A stretch of 64,000 bases of DNA. It comes from Alphaproteobacteria bacterium (GTDB lineage: Bacteria > Pseudomonadota > Alphaproteobacteria > RF32 > CAG-239). The position numbers and the translations under genes were made by a program. The notes beneath the pieces are model-generated. The model was not told the DNA's origin and did no database searches. It worked only from the letters and a program-made list of their open reading frames with translations. The stretch is from contig JAZRAL010000025.1 of assembly GCA_045634545.1 (NCBI GenBank), positions 11,602 to 75,601 of the forward strand, read 5' to 3'. Shown here piece by piece: positions 52,161 to 61,529 of this stretch (position 1 is the stretch's first letter; each line of letters starts with the position of its first letter).

Positions 52161-53486
52161 TTATTTGATTGAACTATCAATTAGGTATTTGGCAACTTTG
52201 TATACGGCTGATGAGTAGTGAGCACCTTTGATTAGTATTGTATCGTTATCTTGAAGTAGGGTGTTTGTTAAAAACTCTGGTATTTGCTCGATATTGGGGA
52301 AGTAGTATTGAGTGATTTTTTTATCTAGAATATTTAGCATATCTTTTGTTTCTTCACATACACCAATTACAATATCTATGTTTGTTTTATTTAAGGTTTC
52401 GCCAATTTCTTGGTGAGCTTTTTTTGTATAGTCACCTAGTTCTGCCATTTTGCCGATAAGAGCTATTTTTCTGCCATTGGTTTGTAGAGAATTTAGAGAA
52501 TTAATAGCTAATTTCATAGCTTCTGGCTGACCTGAATAACTGTCATCAATGAGAAGAAGTTTTTTGTTGTTTATTGTTAGGTTATGTTTTTTTCCTCGAC
52601 CATCAAGAGCAGAAAAGTTGTTTATTGTTGGTATTGCTTTGGTGGTATCAAGACCTAAAAGCTCAATAATTTTTAAGACTGCAAGAGCATTTGACTTACA
52701 ATGAGGAGCATTGTCTATCAAAGATAATTTTGATAAAGTTGAGGTATCTTTTATAGAATATGTATGAACATTATTTGTATATTTTAGGGCTTCGTTTTTT
52801 ATGATGTCGGTATGTGAGGTGTCGTTGTTATAGATAGCTATACCATTAGGATTTAAACCCTGAAAAATTTCTGATTTGGCAATTGCAATATTTTCTAAAG
52901 TTTTTAAAAACTCTATGTGCATTGGATATACGTTAGTTACAAGGGCAATATCAGGGGAGGCAAGTTTGGTTAAATATTCGATTTCTTTTAAAGCGGACAT
53001 TCCCATTTCTATGATGGCAAAAGGAGCAGACATATCTATATCTAATAGTGAGCGAGGAACACCTATATGATTGTTAAAGTTGCCAGTTGTGGCATAAGTT
53101 GCACCATAAACGGAAAGCGAAGATTTTAATAATTCTTTTGTGGTTGTTTTTCCTGAACTTCCGGTTAAAGCAATTAAAGTTCCTTTGTAAAATGTGCGAT
53201 TATAGTGAGCAAGCCTACCAAAGGCTTTTAGGGTATCTGTGACAATGATTTGATGTTTTAGGTCAATGTTGTTTATTGGTTTTTCGGTAATAACAAGTTT
53301 AACACCTTTTTTTATTACATCTTCTATAAAATCATGCCCATCAAAGTTTTCGCCCTTGATTGCGATAAATAGAGTATCTTGGTTTACTTTTCTACTATCT
53401 GTTGAGATTTCTTTGATAGTTGTATCAAAGATTGGCAAGGTGTAGTTTAAGAGGGTTGAAATTTCTTTTGATGTAATTGGTTTCAT
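52161..53486 (-). CDS. murF: UDP-N-acetylmuramoyl-tripeptide--D-alanyl-D-alanine ligase
   Basis: ISTDSRKV...LFIAIKGENFDGHDF and P-loop ALTGSSGKTTTKE. Confidence 0.9.
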   Translation of the reverse strand: MKPITSKEISTLLNYTLPIFDTTIKEISTDSRKVNQDTLFIAIKGENFDGHDFIEDVIKKGVKLVITEKPINNIDLKHQIIVTDTLKAFGRLAHYNRTFYKGTLIALTGSSGKTTTKELLKSSLSVYGATYATTGNFNNHIGVPRSLLDIDMSAPFAIIEMGMSALKEIEYLTKLASPDIALVTNVYPMHIEFLKTLENIAIAKSEIFQGLNPNGIAIYNNDTSHTDIIKNEALKYTNNVHTYSIKDTSTLSKLSLIDNAPHCKSNALAVLKIIELLGLDTTKAIPTINNFSALDGRGKKHNLTINNKKLLLIDDSYSGQPEAMKLAINSLNSLQTNGRKIALIGKMAELGDYTKKAHQEIGETLNKTNIDIVIGVCEETKDMLNILDKKITQYYFPNIEQIPEFLTNTLLQDNDTILIKGAHYSSAVYKVAKYLIDSSIK

Positions 53487-53628
53487 AGCTTAATCCTTTT
53501 GGTTATTATTTGATTTATTTTGTATGATAAAGGTTAATATTAGGTTATTTGAGGAGTAAATTTTACTTGATTTTTATGATGTTTTTATTTATATTGACAA
53601 AGTTACGTAATAAATTGGAGCAAAAAAT

Positions 53629-54078
53629 ATGAAATGTCCTTTTTGTGGGAAATCAGATACTCAAGTAAAGGATTCTAGAGATACTGTTGATGAAACAGCA
53701 ATTAGACGCAGAAGAGAGTGTCCAGATTGTGGTGGGCGCTTTACTACCTATGAAAGGGTGCAGTTGCAAGATATTACAGTTATCAAAAAGAATGGTGAAC
53801 GAGTTCCTTTTGATAGAGAAAAATTGCTTCGTTCAATTAGTCTTGCAGTTAGCAAATGTGGTATTTCTGTTTTAGAAATAGAAAAATTGGTTGAAGAGAT
53901 TAAAAGAGAATTTGAAACAGGTACTGTTTTTGAAATTAGCTCTAATTTGATTGGTGAGAAAGTGATGGATAAACTAATAAAAATTAATAAGGTGGCTTAT
54001 ATTCGCTTTGCTTCGGTTTATAAAGATTTTAAAGAAGTTAGAGATTTTGAAGAATTTGTTAGCAAAATTAATTCTTAA
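53629..54078 (+). CDS. nrdR: transcriptional repressor NrdR
   Basis: MKCPFCG...TQVKDSR...RRRRECPDCGGRFTTYE zinc ribbon plus ATP-cone. Confidence 0.95.
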   Translation: MKCPFCGKSDTQVKDSRDTVDETAIRRRRECPDCGGRFTTYERVQLQDITVIKKNGERVPFDREKLLRSISLAVSKCGISVLEIEKLVEEIKREFETGTVFEISSNLIGEKVMDKLIKINKVAYIRFASVYKDFKEVRDFEEFVSKINS

Positions 54079-54108
54079 TATGTTTAATGTTAATGTTTGA
54101 GGTGTTTT

Positions 54109-54594
54109 ATGGTTAAGTTTGTTTCAGAAAAAATTAGAAAAAAATCAGGAGCTAGATTGGCTTGTGTGCAGGCTGTTTATATGGTTTCTTTTTCTGAGCT
54201 TTCTGTAGATGAAGTTATTCAAGACTTTTTAAGAGGTGAAGTTGGTCGCTTTGCTATTGAAGAAGATTTAATCAAAGGTGAAGAAATGGTTGAACTTTCT
54301 GAAATTGATAAACCTTACTTTGAAAAATTGGTTAAAGGTATTCATTTGAAGAAAGAGGACTTGGAAAATTCTTTGAGATTGTATTTGAAAGATGGCGGTG
54401 CTTATGACCGTATGAATGCAACAATGCAAGCTCTTTTGCTTTCTGCGGTTTATGAACTTTCTTATACTAGAGATATTGATACAAAAGTGATTATTCAAGA
54501 ATATGTTGATTTGGCTTATGCATTCTTTAGCAAAAATGAGCCTAAGATGATTAATGCACTTTTAGATCAAATTGCTAAGAATGTAAGAATATAA
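54109..54594 (+). CDS. nusB: transcription antitermination factor NusB
   Basis: ARLACVQAVY... and VDLAYAFF...MINALLD patterns, about 160 aa. ATG 54109 follows RBS GAGGTG. Confidence 0.85.
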   Translation: MVKFVSEKIRKKSGARLACVQAVYMVSFSELSVDEVIQDFLRGEVGRFAIEEDLIKGEEMVELSEIDKPYFEKLVKGIHLKKEDLENSLRLYLKDGGAYDRMNATMQALLLSAVYELSYTRDIDTKVIIQEYVDLAYAFFSKNEPKMINALLDQIAKNVRI

Positions 54595-54614
54595 AAATAA
54601 AAAGGAAATTTCTT

Positions 54615-55121
54615 ATGGCTGTTTTAGAACTCTATACTTATCCTCATAAGGTACTTTCTCAAAAATGTGAGAAGGTTGAAAAAGTTACTGATGAGATAAG
54701 AAAATTTTTAGATGATATGTTAGAGACAATGTATCACGATAAAGGAGTTGGTTTGGCTGCTCCTCAAGTTGGAGTTTCTAAACGAATTATTGTTATTGAT
54801 GATAAAGTAACAGAAGATGGTGAGCCAGGTCCTCATCCTCTTTATATGGTTAATCCTGAGATTATTAAAAAATCTGAGGATATGATTTTATTTAATGAAG
54901 GTTGTTTGTCTGTTCCGGGGCAATCTGCTGAGGTTGAAAGACATAGAGCTGTTAGTGTGAAGTATCTTGATTATAATGGTGAGGAAAAAATTCTTGATGC
55001 TGAGGATTTTTTAGCGGTGATTATTCAGCATGAAACAGACCATTTGGACGGAGTGCTTTATATTGATAGAATTAGCAGATTAAAAAGAAATATAATTATA
55101 AAAAAAATGTCTAAGAGCTAA
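54615..55121 (+). CDS. def: peptide deformylase
   Basis: Three canonical motifs: GVGLAAPQVG, EGCLSVPG, QHETDHLDG. Confidence 0.95.
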   Translation: MAVLELYTYPHKVLSQKCEKVEKVTDEIRKFLDDMLETMYHDKGVGLAAPQVGVSKRIIVIDDKVTEDGEPGPHPLYMVNPEIIKKSEDMILFNEGCLSVPGQSAEVERHRAVSVKYLDYNGEEKILDAEDFLAVIIQHETDHLDGVLYIDRISRLKRNIIIKKMSKS

Positions 55122-55125
55122 AAAA

Positions 55126-55152
55126 ATCCCCCTTAAATGTAGGGGATTTTTT
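55126..55152 (+). terminator. intrinsic terminator after def
   Basis: ATCCCC...GGGGAT stem followed by T6. Confidence 0.6.
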
Positions 55153-55204
55153 GCTTTAAAAAATAATAAAAAAGTGGTAATATCGAAAGATATTCGGAGG
55201 TTAT

Positions 55205-56107
55205 ATGGATAAACATATATTAGAGACACAATTGATTGATATGGTCAAGAAAGGCAATTTTGAAAAAACAAAAATGCTTTGTTTGCTTGGTGCTGATGTA
55301 TGTTTTTGGGACGAAAAGAACAAAAATGCTCTAATGTATGTTGAAGATGAAAATATAGCAAGACTACTGATTGATTATGGCGCAGATGTAAATAAAATAA
55401 ATGAAAAAAGTTGTATGGTATCTCCTCTTGGTGAAGTAAAAAATGTTGATGTTGCTAGAGTATTTATTGAAAATGGAGCTGATGTTCATCAAAAAGATGT
55501 GGCTTTTAGAACTCCACTTTTTAGGGCTGTTGAAGAAAAAAATATAGAAAAAGCTAGATTGATACTTGATAATGATGGGAATGTTAATGATGCAAATAAT
55601 AGTTTGATGTCATTATTAATGAAAGCAGTTAGTCTTAATGATGAAAAAATGGTGGAATTGCTCTTAGAAAGAAATGCAAATGTAAATGCGTTTGATGTAC
55701 ATAAAAGAAGAGCTTTAAGTTTTGTTAGAAATGTTGCTATTGCAAAAAAGATAATAGAAAATGGAGGAGAGGTAAATTTTAAAGATGAATGGGGGAATAC
55801 TCCTCTTATTAATGCAGTTGGTGAAAATCGAATTGAAATTGTAAAATTGTTTATAAATAGTGGAGCTAAGATTGATGCTCAGGATAATAATGGTAGAACA
55901 GCTCTTATGCATGCAATAAAGAAAAATAATATTGAGGCTATTAAGATTTTAGTATCAAATAGGGCAGACCTTCATTTAAAAGATGATTATGGAAAAAGTG
56001 CAATATTGATGGCAGATGAAAATATTAGAAAGATTATGTTTGATACTTTGAAGAAAAAAGAAAGTAGCAAAAATATTTTTGGGCAAAAGCAAGTGTTTAG
56101 AGAATAA
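55205..56107 (+). CDS. ankyrin-repeat protein (divergent member)
   Basis: Starts MDKHILETQLIDMVKKGNFEKTKMLCLLGADV, with ANK repeats such as GRTALMHAIKKNNIEAIKILVSNRADLHLKD. Confidence 0.85.
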   Translation: MDKHILETQLIDMVKKGNFEKTKMLCLLGADVCFWDEKNKNALMYVEDENIARLLIDYGADVNKINEKSCMVSPLGEVKNVDVARVFIENGADVHQKDVAFRTPLFRAVEEKNIEKARLILDNDGNVNDANNSLMSLLMKAVSLNDEKMVELLLERNANVNAFDVHKRRALSFVRNVAIAKKIIENGGEVNFKDEWGNTPLINAVGENRIEIVKLFINSGAKIDAQDNNGRTALMHAIKKNNIEAIKILVSNRADLHLKDDYGKSAILMADENIRKIMFDTLKKKESSKNIFGQKQVFRE

Positions 56108-56138
56108 AAAAAAGACCTATCATTGATAGGCCTTTTTT
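56105..56138. terminator. bidirectional terminator between ankyrin gene and OMP gene
   Basis: A-run-CCTATC-att-GATAGG-cc-T6. Confidence 0.6.
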
Positions 56139-56154
56139 ATTTGATATGCTCAAA

Positions 56155-56697
56155 TTAGAATGCGTATCTTAAACCAACTGTGAATTCATCTAATGCATCT
56201 AAGTGAGAGCCGTTAATCCATGAATGATGATACATAGCACGGAATGTTGTATTCTCAGAAACTGCATATTGAACACCAGCACCTAAACGGTAAGCTAAAC
56301 CGTGGTCACTGTAGTTTTCACCTTCTGAACCATGTACTTTAATTTTGTAATCAGCAAGACCTGCAGAACCAACTAATTCCCAACGACCAGAACAACCTAA
56401 GTCTTGGAATGCAAGAGCATCAACACCCATACCTGTGATACGTGTTGTGTTGTCATTTTTGTGGCCTCTGAAACCATTGTTGTAGAAGTATTCTAAACCA
56501 AAACGTTCTGTTCTAGCGCCTAATACACCTGATAAAGAATAAACAGAATCATCTAATACACCAGCTTTTGATAATGTTGTATCAGCATCTGTCATAGCAA
56601 AATTTACGTCTAAACCAACATATGGAGTTGCGTCAATAGCGTTTGCATTTGCAGCAATCATTCCGGCAAAACCTGCCAATAATAAAGTTTTTTTCAT
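56155..56697 (-). CDS. outer-membrane beta-barrel protein (OmpA-like/OMP_b-brl family)
   Basis: Signal peptide MKKTLLLAGFAGMIAANANA, alternating hydrophobic strands, C-terminal GLRYAF. ATG 56697 is preferred to TTG 56706. Confidence 0.75.
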   Translation of the reverse strand: MKKTLLLAGFAGMIAANANAIDATPYVGLDVNFAMTDADTTLSKAGVLDDSVYSLSGVLGARTERFGLEYFYNNGFRGHKNDNTTRITGMGVDALAFQDLGCSGRWELVGSAGLADYKIKVHGSEGENYSDHGLAYRLGAGVQYAVSENTTFRAMYHHSWINGSHLDALDEFTVGLRYAF

Positions 56698-56873
56698 TGT
56701 ATACAATCCCTCTTAAAAAATTAAGGTTTCATCGTTCTTGAATTATAAACGATAGCTAGACTTTAGTTTATATATTTTTTTTATGCAAGGAAAAAAATGT
56801 ATTTCTTAAGAAACAAGGGTTTAATTTTTGTGTTTAATGATTATTTTTTTGTAACAACAATGAGGAGGATGAT

Positions 56874-57788
56874 ATGAAAAATGTAATTTTAAGTAATGAA
56901 GTAAATATGCCAATTATTGGTCTTGGTACATGGAAAAGTGATAAAAATAGTGTATATACAACAATTAGATGGGCCTTGAAACTTGGTTATAATCATATTG
57001 ATACTGCATCTATTTATAATAATGAAGAGCAAATTGGAGATGCTCTTTTGGATGCGATGAAGGAAGATAAAATAAGAAGAGAAAATTTATTTGTGGTAAC
57101 AAAGTTGTGGAATAATGCGCATTTAAGTAAAGATGTAAATGAAGCATTAGATGAGAGCTTAAAAAGGCTAAAGCTTGATTATGTTGATTTGTATTTAATG
57201 CATTGGCCAGTTGCTCAGAAAAAGGAATCGATTATGCCTTTAGAAGATGATGATATGCTGTCTTTGAGTGATGCTCCAATTATTGATACATGGAGGAAAA
57301 TGGAAGAACTTTATCGTTTAGGGAAGGCAAAGGCAATTGGTGTTGCAAATTTTGGGGTGGAAAGATTAGAAAAATTAATTAGTGAAGCTGAAATTAATCC
57401 AATGGTAAATCAAGTTGAGTGTCATCCGTATTTAAAACAAAATGAGCTTTTAGAGTTTTGTCGCAATAATAATATTGTTATGACAGCTTATTCACCAGTA
57501 GGAAGTGGTGATAAAAAAATTGTTGAAGATAAGACAATTAAAGAGATTGCTCAAAAAAATAATGTAACTCCTTATCAGGTATGCTTGGCTTGGAATATAA
57601 CAAGAAAAGTTGTTGTTATTCCTAAATCTCAAAATGTAGAGCATTTAAGGGAAAATATAGGTGCATTAAATGTTATGCTTGATGAGAATGATATGAAAAA
57701 AATAGAAGAAATTGATAAAAATGAAAGAATTTTATCGGCTGATGTGTTTAAAATTGGGCCATATAAAGATGAGGATATTTTCGCATAA
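56874..57788 (+). CDS. aldo/keto reductase
   Basis: GLGTWK, HIDTASIYNNEE, KLWNN.H, LYLMHWP and IPKS motifs. Confidence 0.9.
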   Translation: MKNVILSNEVNMPIIGLGTWKSDKNSVYTTIRWALKLGYNHIDTASIYNNEEQIGDALLDAMKEDKIRRENLFVVTKLWNNAHLSKDVNEALDESLKRLKLDYVDLYLMHWPVAQKKESIMPLEDDDMLSLSDAPIIDTWRKMEELYRLGKAKAIGVANFGVERLEKLISEAEINPMVNQVECHPYLKQNELLEFCRNNNIVMTAYSPVGSGDKKIVEDKTIKEIAQKNNVTPYQVCLAWNITRKVVVIPKSQNVEHLRENIGALNVMLDENDMKKIEEIDKNERILSADVFKIGPYKDEDIFA

Positions 57789-57896
57789 TAGCAAAAAAAG
57801 TGTGAAAATTTGTAATAGGGCTTGCAAATCAAAAGAAAAGTTCCTAAATAACGTTTAAGGTTTATAATAAATGAATTTTATGGTTATTTAGAGAAT

Positions 57897-59024
57897 ATGA
57901 GTACGACAACAGACTACTATGAATTGATTGGTGTTGCAAAAGGCGCATCGGCAGAAGAAATAAAAAAAGCATATAGAAAAAAGGCTATGCAATATCACCC
58001 TGATAGAAATCCTGGTGATAAGGAAGCTGAAGCAAAATTTAAGGAAATCAATGAAGCTTATGAGGTTTTGAAAGATGACCAAAAAAGAGCTGCATATGAT
58101 AGATATGGACATCAAGCATTTACTGGTGGTATGGGGGGCGGAGCTGGTGCAAACCCATTTAATGGTTTTGATTTTACAGGTACGGGGTTTGCAGATGTAT
58201 TTTCGGATATATTTAGCGAGTTTACTGGGCAAGGTAGAGCAAGACAGAGAAGTTATGCTACAAGAGGTGAAGACATTCGTTATGATGTTGAGCTCTCTTT
58301 AGAAGATGCATTTATTGGAGTTGAGAAAGAAATAAATATTACAACTTCTAAAAAATGTGAAGCTTGTCATGGGCATGGTACTCATGATGGTAAAGAGCCT
58401 CAAAATTGTCCAACTTGTGGTGGTAGCGGTAAAGTACGCACTCAACAGGGCGGTTTCTTTGTGTTTGAAACAACATGTCCTCAATGTAAAGGAGCTGGAC
58501 GAGTTGTTTTAGATAAATGTAAAAAATGTAGAGGAACAGGTAAAGAAAGAATCGAGAAATCTCTAAAAATTAAAATACCTCATGGTATTGAAAATGGTAC
58601 TCGTATGCGTGTTAGTGGCGAGGGTGAGGTTGGCAAAAATGGAGGTCCTAAAGGGGATTTATATGTTTTTGTTAGTGTTAAACCTCATAAAGTATATGAA
58701 AGAGATGGAGCGGATTTGTTCTGTGAAGTGCCTATCTCAATGGTGAAAGCAACATTGGGTGGTGAAATTAAACTAAAAGGCATTGATGGCGAAGAAATTG
58801 ATGTTGAAATTAAATCTGGTACTCAACCAGGTGATAGAGTTCGCTTGAAAAACAAAGGTATGAAATATATGAATTCAGATAGAAGAGGGGATTTGTTTGT
58901 TTTATTTAAAGTGGTTATCCCTACAAAATTAAATTCTGAACAAAAAGCATGCCTTAAAAAGTTTTTAGAAAATAGTGAAGAAGATAAAGAAGAAAAAAGC
59001 TTTTGGTCTAAGATTTTTGATTAA
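57897..59024 (+). CDS. dnaJ: molecular chaperone DnaJ
   Basis: J-domain DYYELIGV...HPDRNPGD, a Gly-rich linker and four CxxCxGxG zinc motifs. Confidence 0.95.
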   Translation: MSTTTDYYELIGVAKGASAEEIKKAYRKKAMQYHPDRNPGDKEAEAKFKEINEAYEVLKDDQKRAAYDRYGHQAFTGGMGGGAGANPFNGFDFTGTGFADVFSDIFSEFTGQGRARQRSYATRGEDIRYDVELSLEDAFIGVEKEINITTSKKCEACHGHGTHDGKEPQNCPTCGGSGKVRTQQGGFFVFETTCPQCKGAGRVVLDKCKKCRGTGKERIEKSLKIKIPHGIENGTRMRVSGEGEVGKNGGPKGDLYVFVSVKPHKVYERDGADLFCEVPISMVKATLGGEIKLKGIDGEEIDVEIKSGTQPGDRVRLKNKGMKYMNSDRRGDLFVLFKVVIPTKLNSEQKACLKKFLENSEEDKEEKSFWSKIFD

Positions 59025-59047
59025 TGGTTTTGGGCTTTTTTAAATAG

Positions 59048-59075
59048 TTGACAAATTTGAGTTTTTATATATTAT
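59048..59075 (+). promoter_or_regulatory. promoter (TTGACA-N16-TATTAT)
   Basis: TTGACAaatttgagtttttataTATTAT, upstream of 59114. Confidence 0.45.
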
Positions 59076-59113
59076 CTTTGAGGTTAATATGTATTACTTA
59101 AATATTTTTATTT

Positions 59114-59881
59114 ATGGAAAATGAGTTAGTGAATCGCCTTAATGAAGTAGGGCAAGAGGTTGGTTATCCTGTAGTTGTGTTAAAAAATGGACAATATCAA
59201 CCTTTTAGGGAAGGTATTGATGAAGGTCAGATTGCCATGGTTATTTATGGTCCTCTTCCTTCGGATTGTACATTTACAGAGTTTTTTTGTAGCGGTGAAG
59301 ATGATAGGCTTGTTTGGAAGCAAATGTTTCCTAAGCGCTCGGTTGTTAATGATACTGTTCTTACAATTCCAGAGCAGCTTAAACTTGTTACCTATGGTCG
59401 GAGACGTACGGTGCTTAATTATTTTAAGAACAAGAACTTCTCTAAGCGAGTTGCTAGAGCCATGATTGCCCGCAACGACAATGAGTTTTTGTTTATGTTG
59501 CGTAATACAAACAATGCGTTGCCTAGTATCTTAGTTGAAGCTGCTCTTGAAAACATGTCTAACAAGCGTTTTGCAGTGTTTGTTAGAGAGGCTAAGGAAA
59601 AGGGTATTCTTGCATTTTCAGAAAACAATGAAGAGAAGTTGGCCCTTTTATGTTCGGAAGCGAAATTTGAGGCTTATGTTAAAGAATTTGGCTTGCGAGC
59701 GGCAACTCAAAGCATGATTGTACGTGGCGGTAAAGAAAAATTGTTCAAAATATTTATCAAGGCTGGAGGTCAGCTTGCTCATGATATTGAGATGGCTTTG
59801 CAGTATCTTGATCAATTTACTGCAATTAAAGAAGTGTATGAACAATCAAAAAAGCAGAATGCTACAGGAGATGAAAACTAA
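59114..59881 (+). CDS. hypothetical protein with about 25-residue repeats (paralogous architecture to 17408..18532)
   Basis: Has its own TTGACA promoter and a 10-bp-stem terminator. Repeats include KLVTYGRRRTVLNYFKNKNF, RAMIARNDNEFLFMLRNTNNAL and QSMIVRGGKEKLFKIFIKAGG. Confidence 0.65.
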   Translation: MENELVNRLNEVGQEVGYPVVVLKNGQYQPFREGIDEGQIAMVIYGPLPSDCTFTEFFCSGEDDRLVWKQMFPKRSVVNDTVLTIPEQLKLVTYGRRRTVLNYFKNKNFSKRVARAMIARNDNEFLFMLRNTNNALPSILVEAALENMSNKRFAVFVREAKEKGILAFSENNEEKLALLCSEAKFEAYVKEFGLRAATQSMIVRGGKEKLFKIFIKAGGQLAHDIEMALQYLDQFTAIKEVYEQSKKQNATGDEN

Positions 59882-59887
59882 CGAATT

Positions 59888-59922
59888 CGCCTTATTCTTT
59901 TATGGAATAAGGCGTTTTTTTT
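59888..59922 (+). terminator. intrinsic terminator (10-bp stem)
   Basis: CGCCTTATTC-ttttatg-GAATAAGGCG followed by T8. Confidence 0.85.
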
Positions 59923-59995
59923 ATTTTTTTCTTGACTTTGTTCTTTTTTTGTTCTATTTGGTGAGCAATAAAAAAAATAATGAAAGTAAAAAATA

Positions 59996-61516
59996 ATGAT
60001 ATGCGAATTAAAAACAGTTGCGTTTAATGGAATTGAAGCAAGAGTTGTTGATGTTCAGGTTTGTATAGGGTCTGGTCTTCCTGGATTTGTTATTGTTGGG
60101 CTTCCTGATAAAGCAGTTAATGAGAGCAGAGAAAGAGTAAGAGCTGTTTTAGGTAGTTTAGGTGTTGATTTTCCACGTGATAGAATTACAGTTAATTTAA
60201 TGCCACCTGATTTGTTGAAAGAGGGGGCTCATTATGATTTGCCAATAGCATTGGGATTGCTTGGGGCAATGAAGCTAATTGATAAAGATTGCTTAAAACG
60301 TTATTTGTTTTTAGGGGCATTGTCTTTAGATGGAAGCATAGAAAAAGTTTCGGGAGTTTTATCAGCGGCAGTTAAAGCTGTTGAGTTAAAGATGGGGATT
60401 GTTTGTCCTTTATCAAATGGGGTAGAAGCAGCATTTAGTGCGAATGAAGATATAAGACCGGCAAAGCATATATTAGAAGTTATTAATCACCTAAAAGGTA
60501 ATAGTGTAATTGAAAAGCCTAAAAAGCCAATTATTGATGATAAAGAATATCAGATAGATATGGCTGATGTTAAAGGGCAAGAAAGTGCCAAAAGAGCAAT
60601 GTTGGTTGCAGCTGCTGGTGGTCATAATTTATTAATGGTTGGGCCTCCTGGTAGTGGTAAAACAATGCTTGCTGAAAGGCTTGTGACGATTTTGCCAAAG
60701 ATGAGTATAAAAGAGGCAATTGAGACAGCGATGGTGCATTCTGTTGCGGGATTATTAGGTGATAAGGTTAGTTTTTGCAGACCGTTTAGAAGCCCACACC
60801 ATAGTGCATCTATGCCAGCTCTTATTGGCGGTGGTAGAAATGGAGTTCCTGGGGAAATATCTCTTGCCAATAATGGAGTATTGTTTTTAGATGAGTTGCC
60901 TGAATTTCAAAGAGCAACCCTTGATGCTTTAAGACAACCTTTAGAAAGCAAGAAAGCTGTGATTTCGAGGGTTTTGGCGCATACTGAATATCCTGCAAAT
61001 TTTCAGTTAATAGGAGCAATGAATCCTTGTAGATGTGGATATTTGGGAACTAAAGAAAAAATTTGCACGAGAGCGCCAAAGTGTGCGGCAGAGTATATGG
61101 GGAGATTATCGGGGCCATTTTTGGACAGATTTGATATGCAAATTGAGGTTGGGGCAGTAAGTCCTTATGATTTGACTAGCATAAAAAAAGGTAGTGCGTC
61201 TTATGAGATGAGAGATAAGGTAAAAAATGCTAGAGAAATGGCTTTAGAAAGATTAGATAAAATTGGTGTAAAAAATGTGTTGTGTAATGCGCAATTAAAA
61301 GGAGAAATTTTAGAAAAAGTTGTCGAATTAGATGATGTTTTAAGGAAATTTACCTCAGAAACCGCAGAAAAGTGCGGTTTGACGGCAAGAGGAATTATGC
61401 GAATTTTGCGGTTAGCAAGAACGATTGCAGACTTGCAAAATGAAAAAAAGGTGTCTAAAATGCACCTAATGGAGGCTCTGTCTTATAGACATAGACTCTT
61501 TAAAAACCCATATTAG
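59996..61516 (+). CDS. YifB/ComM family Mg-chelatase-like ATPase
   Basis: N-terminal Lon-like domain, Walker A GPPGSGKTMLA, LFLDELPEF. Length about 506 aa. Confidence 0.9.
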   Translation: MICELKTVAFNGIEARVVDVQVCIGSGLPGFVIVGLPDKAVNESRERVRAVLGSLGVDFPRDRITVNLMPPDLLKEGAHYDLPIALGLLGAMKLIDKDCLKRYLFLGALSLDGSIEKVSGVLSAAVKAVELKMGIVCPLSNGVEAAFSANEDIRPAKHILEVINHLKGNSVIEKPKKPIIDDKEYQIDMADVKGQESAKRAMLVAAAGGHNLLMVGPPGSGKTMLAERLVTILPKMSIKEAIETAMVHSVAGLLGDKVSFCRPFRSPHHSASMPALIGGGRNGVPGEISLANNGVLFLDELPEFQRATLDALRQPLESKKAVISRVLAHTEYPANFQLIGAMNPCRCGYLGTKEKICTRAPKCAAEYMGRLSGPFLDRFDMQIEVGAVSPYDLTSIKKGSASYEMRDKVKNAREMALERLDKIGVKNVLCNAQLKGEILEKVVELDDVLRKFTSETAEKCGLTARGIMRILRLARTIADLQNEKKVSKMHLMEALSYRHRLFKNPY

Positions 61517-61529
61517 GAGATATAATAAT

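Noticed and set aside
53594-53599. TTGACA box upstream of nrdR as a promoter.
   Set aside because: No acceptable -10 hexamer lies at 16-18 nt spacing (GGAGCA at 17 nt). The box sits only 30 nt from the ATG, so it is not reported as a feature.
57888-58232. 114-aa minus-strand ORF overlapping the dnaJ 5' region.
   Set aside because: It is antisense to the unmistakable DnaJ J-domain, so it is a shadow ORF.
57897-59024. dnaJ without an adjacent dnaK as an anomaly.
   Set aside because: The gene is intact with all canonical motifs. Separation of dnaK and dnaJ occurs in various reduced or rearranged genomes and cannot be evaluated from this window alone.
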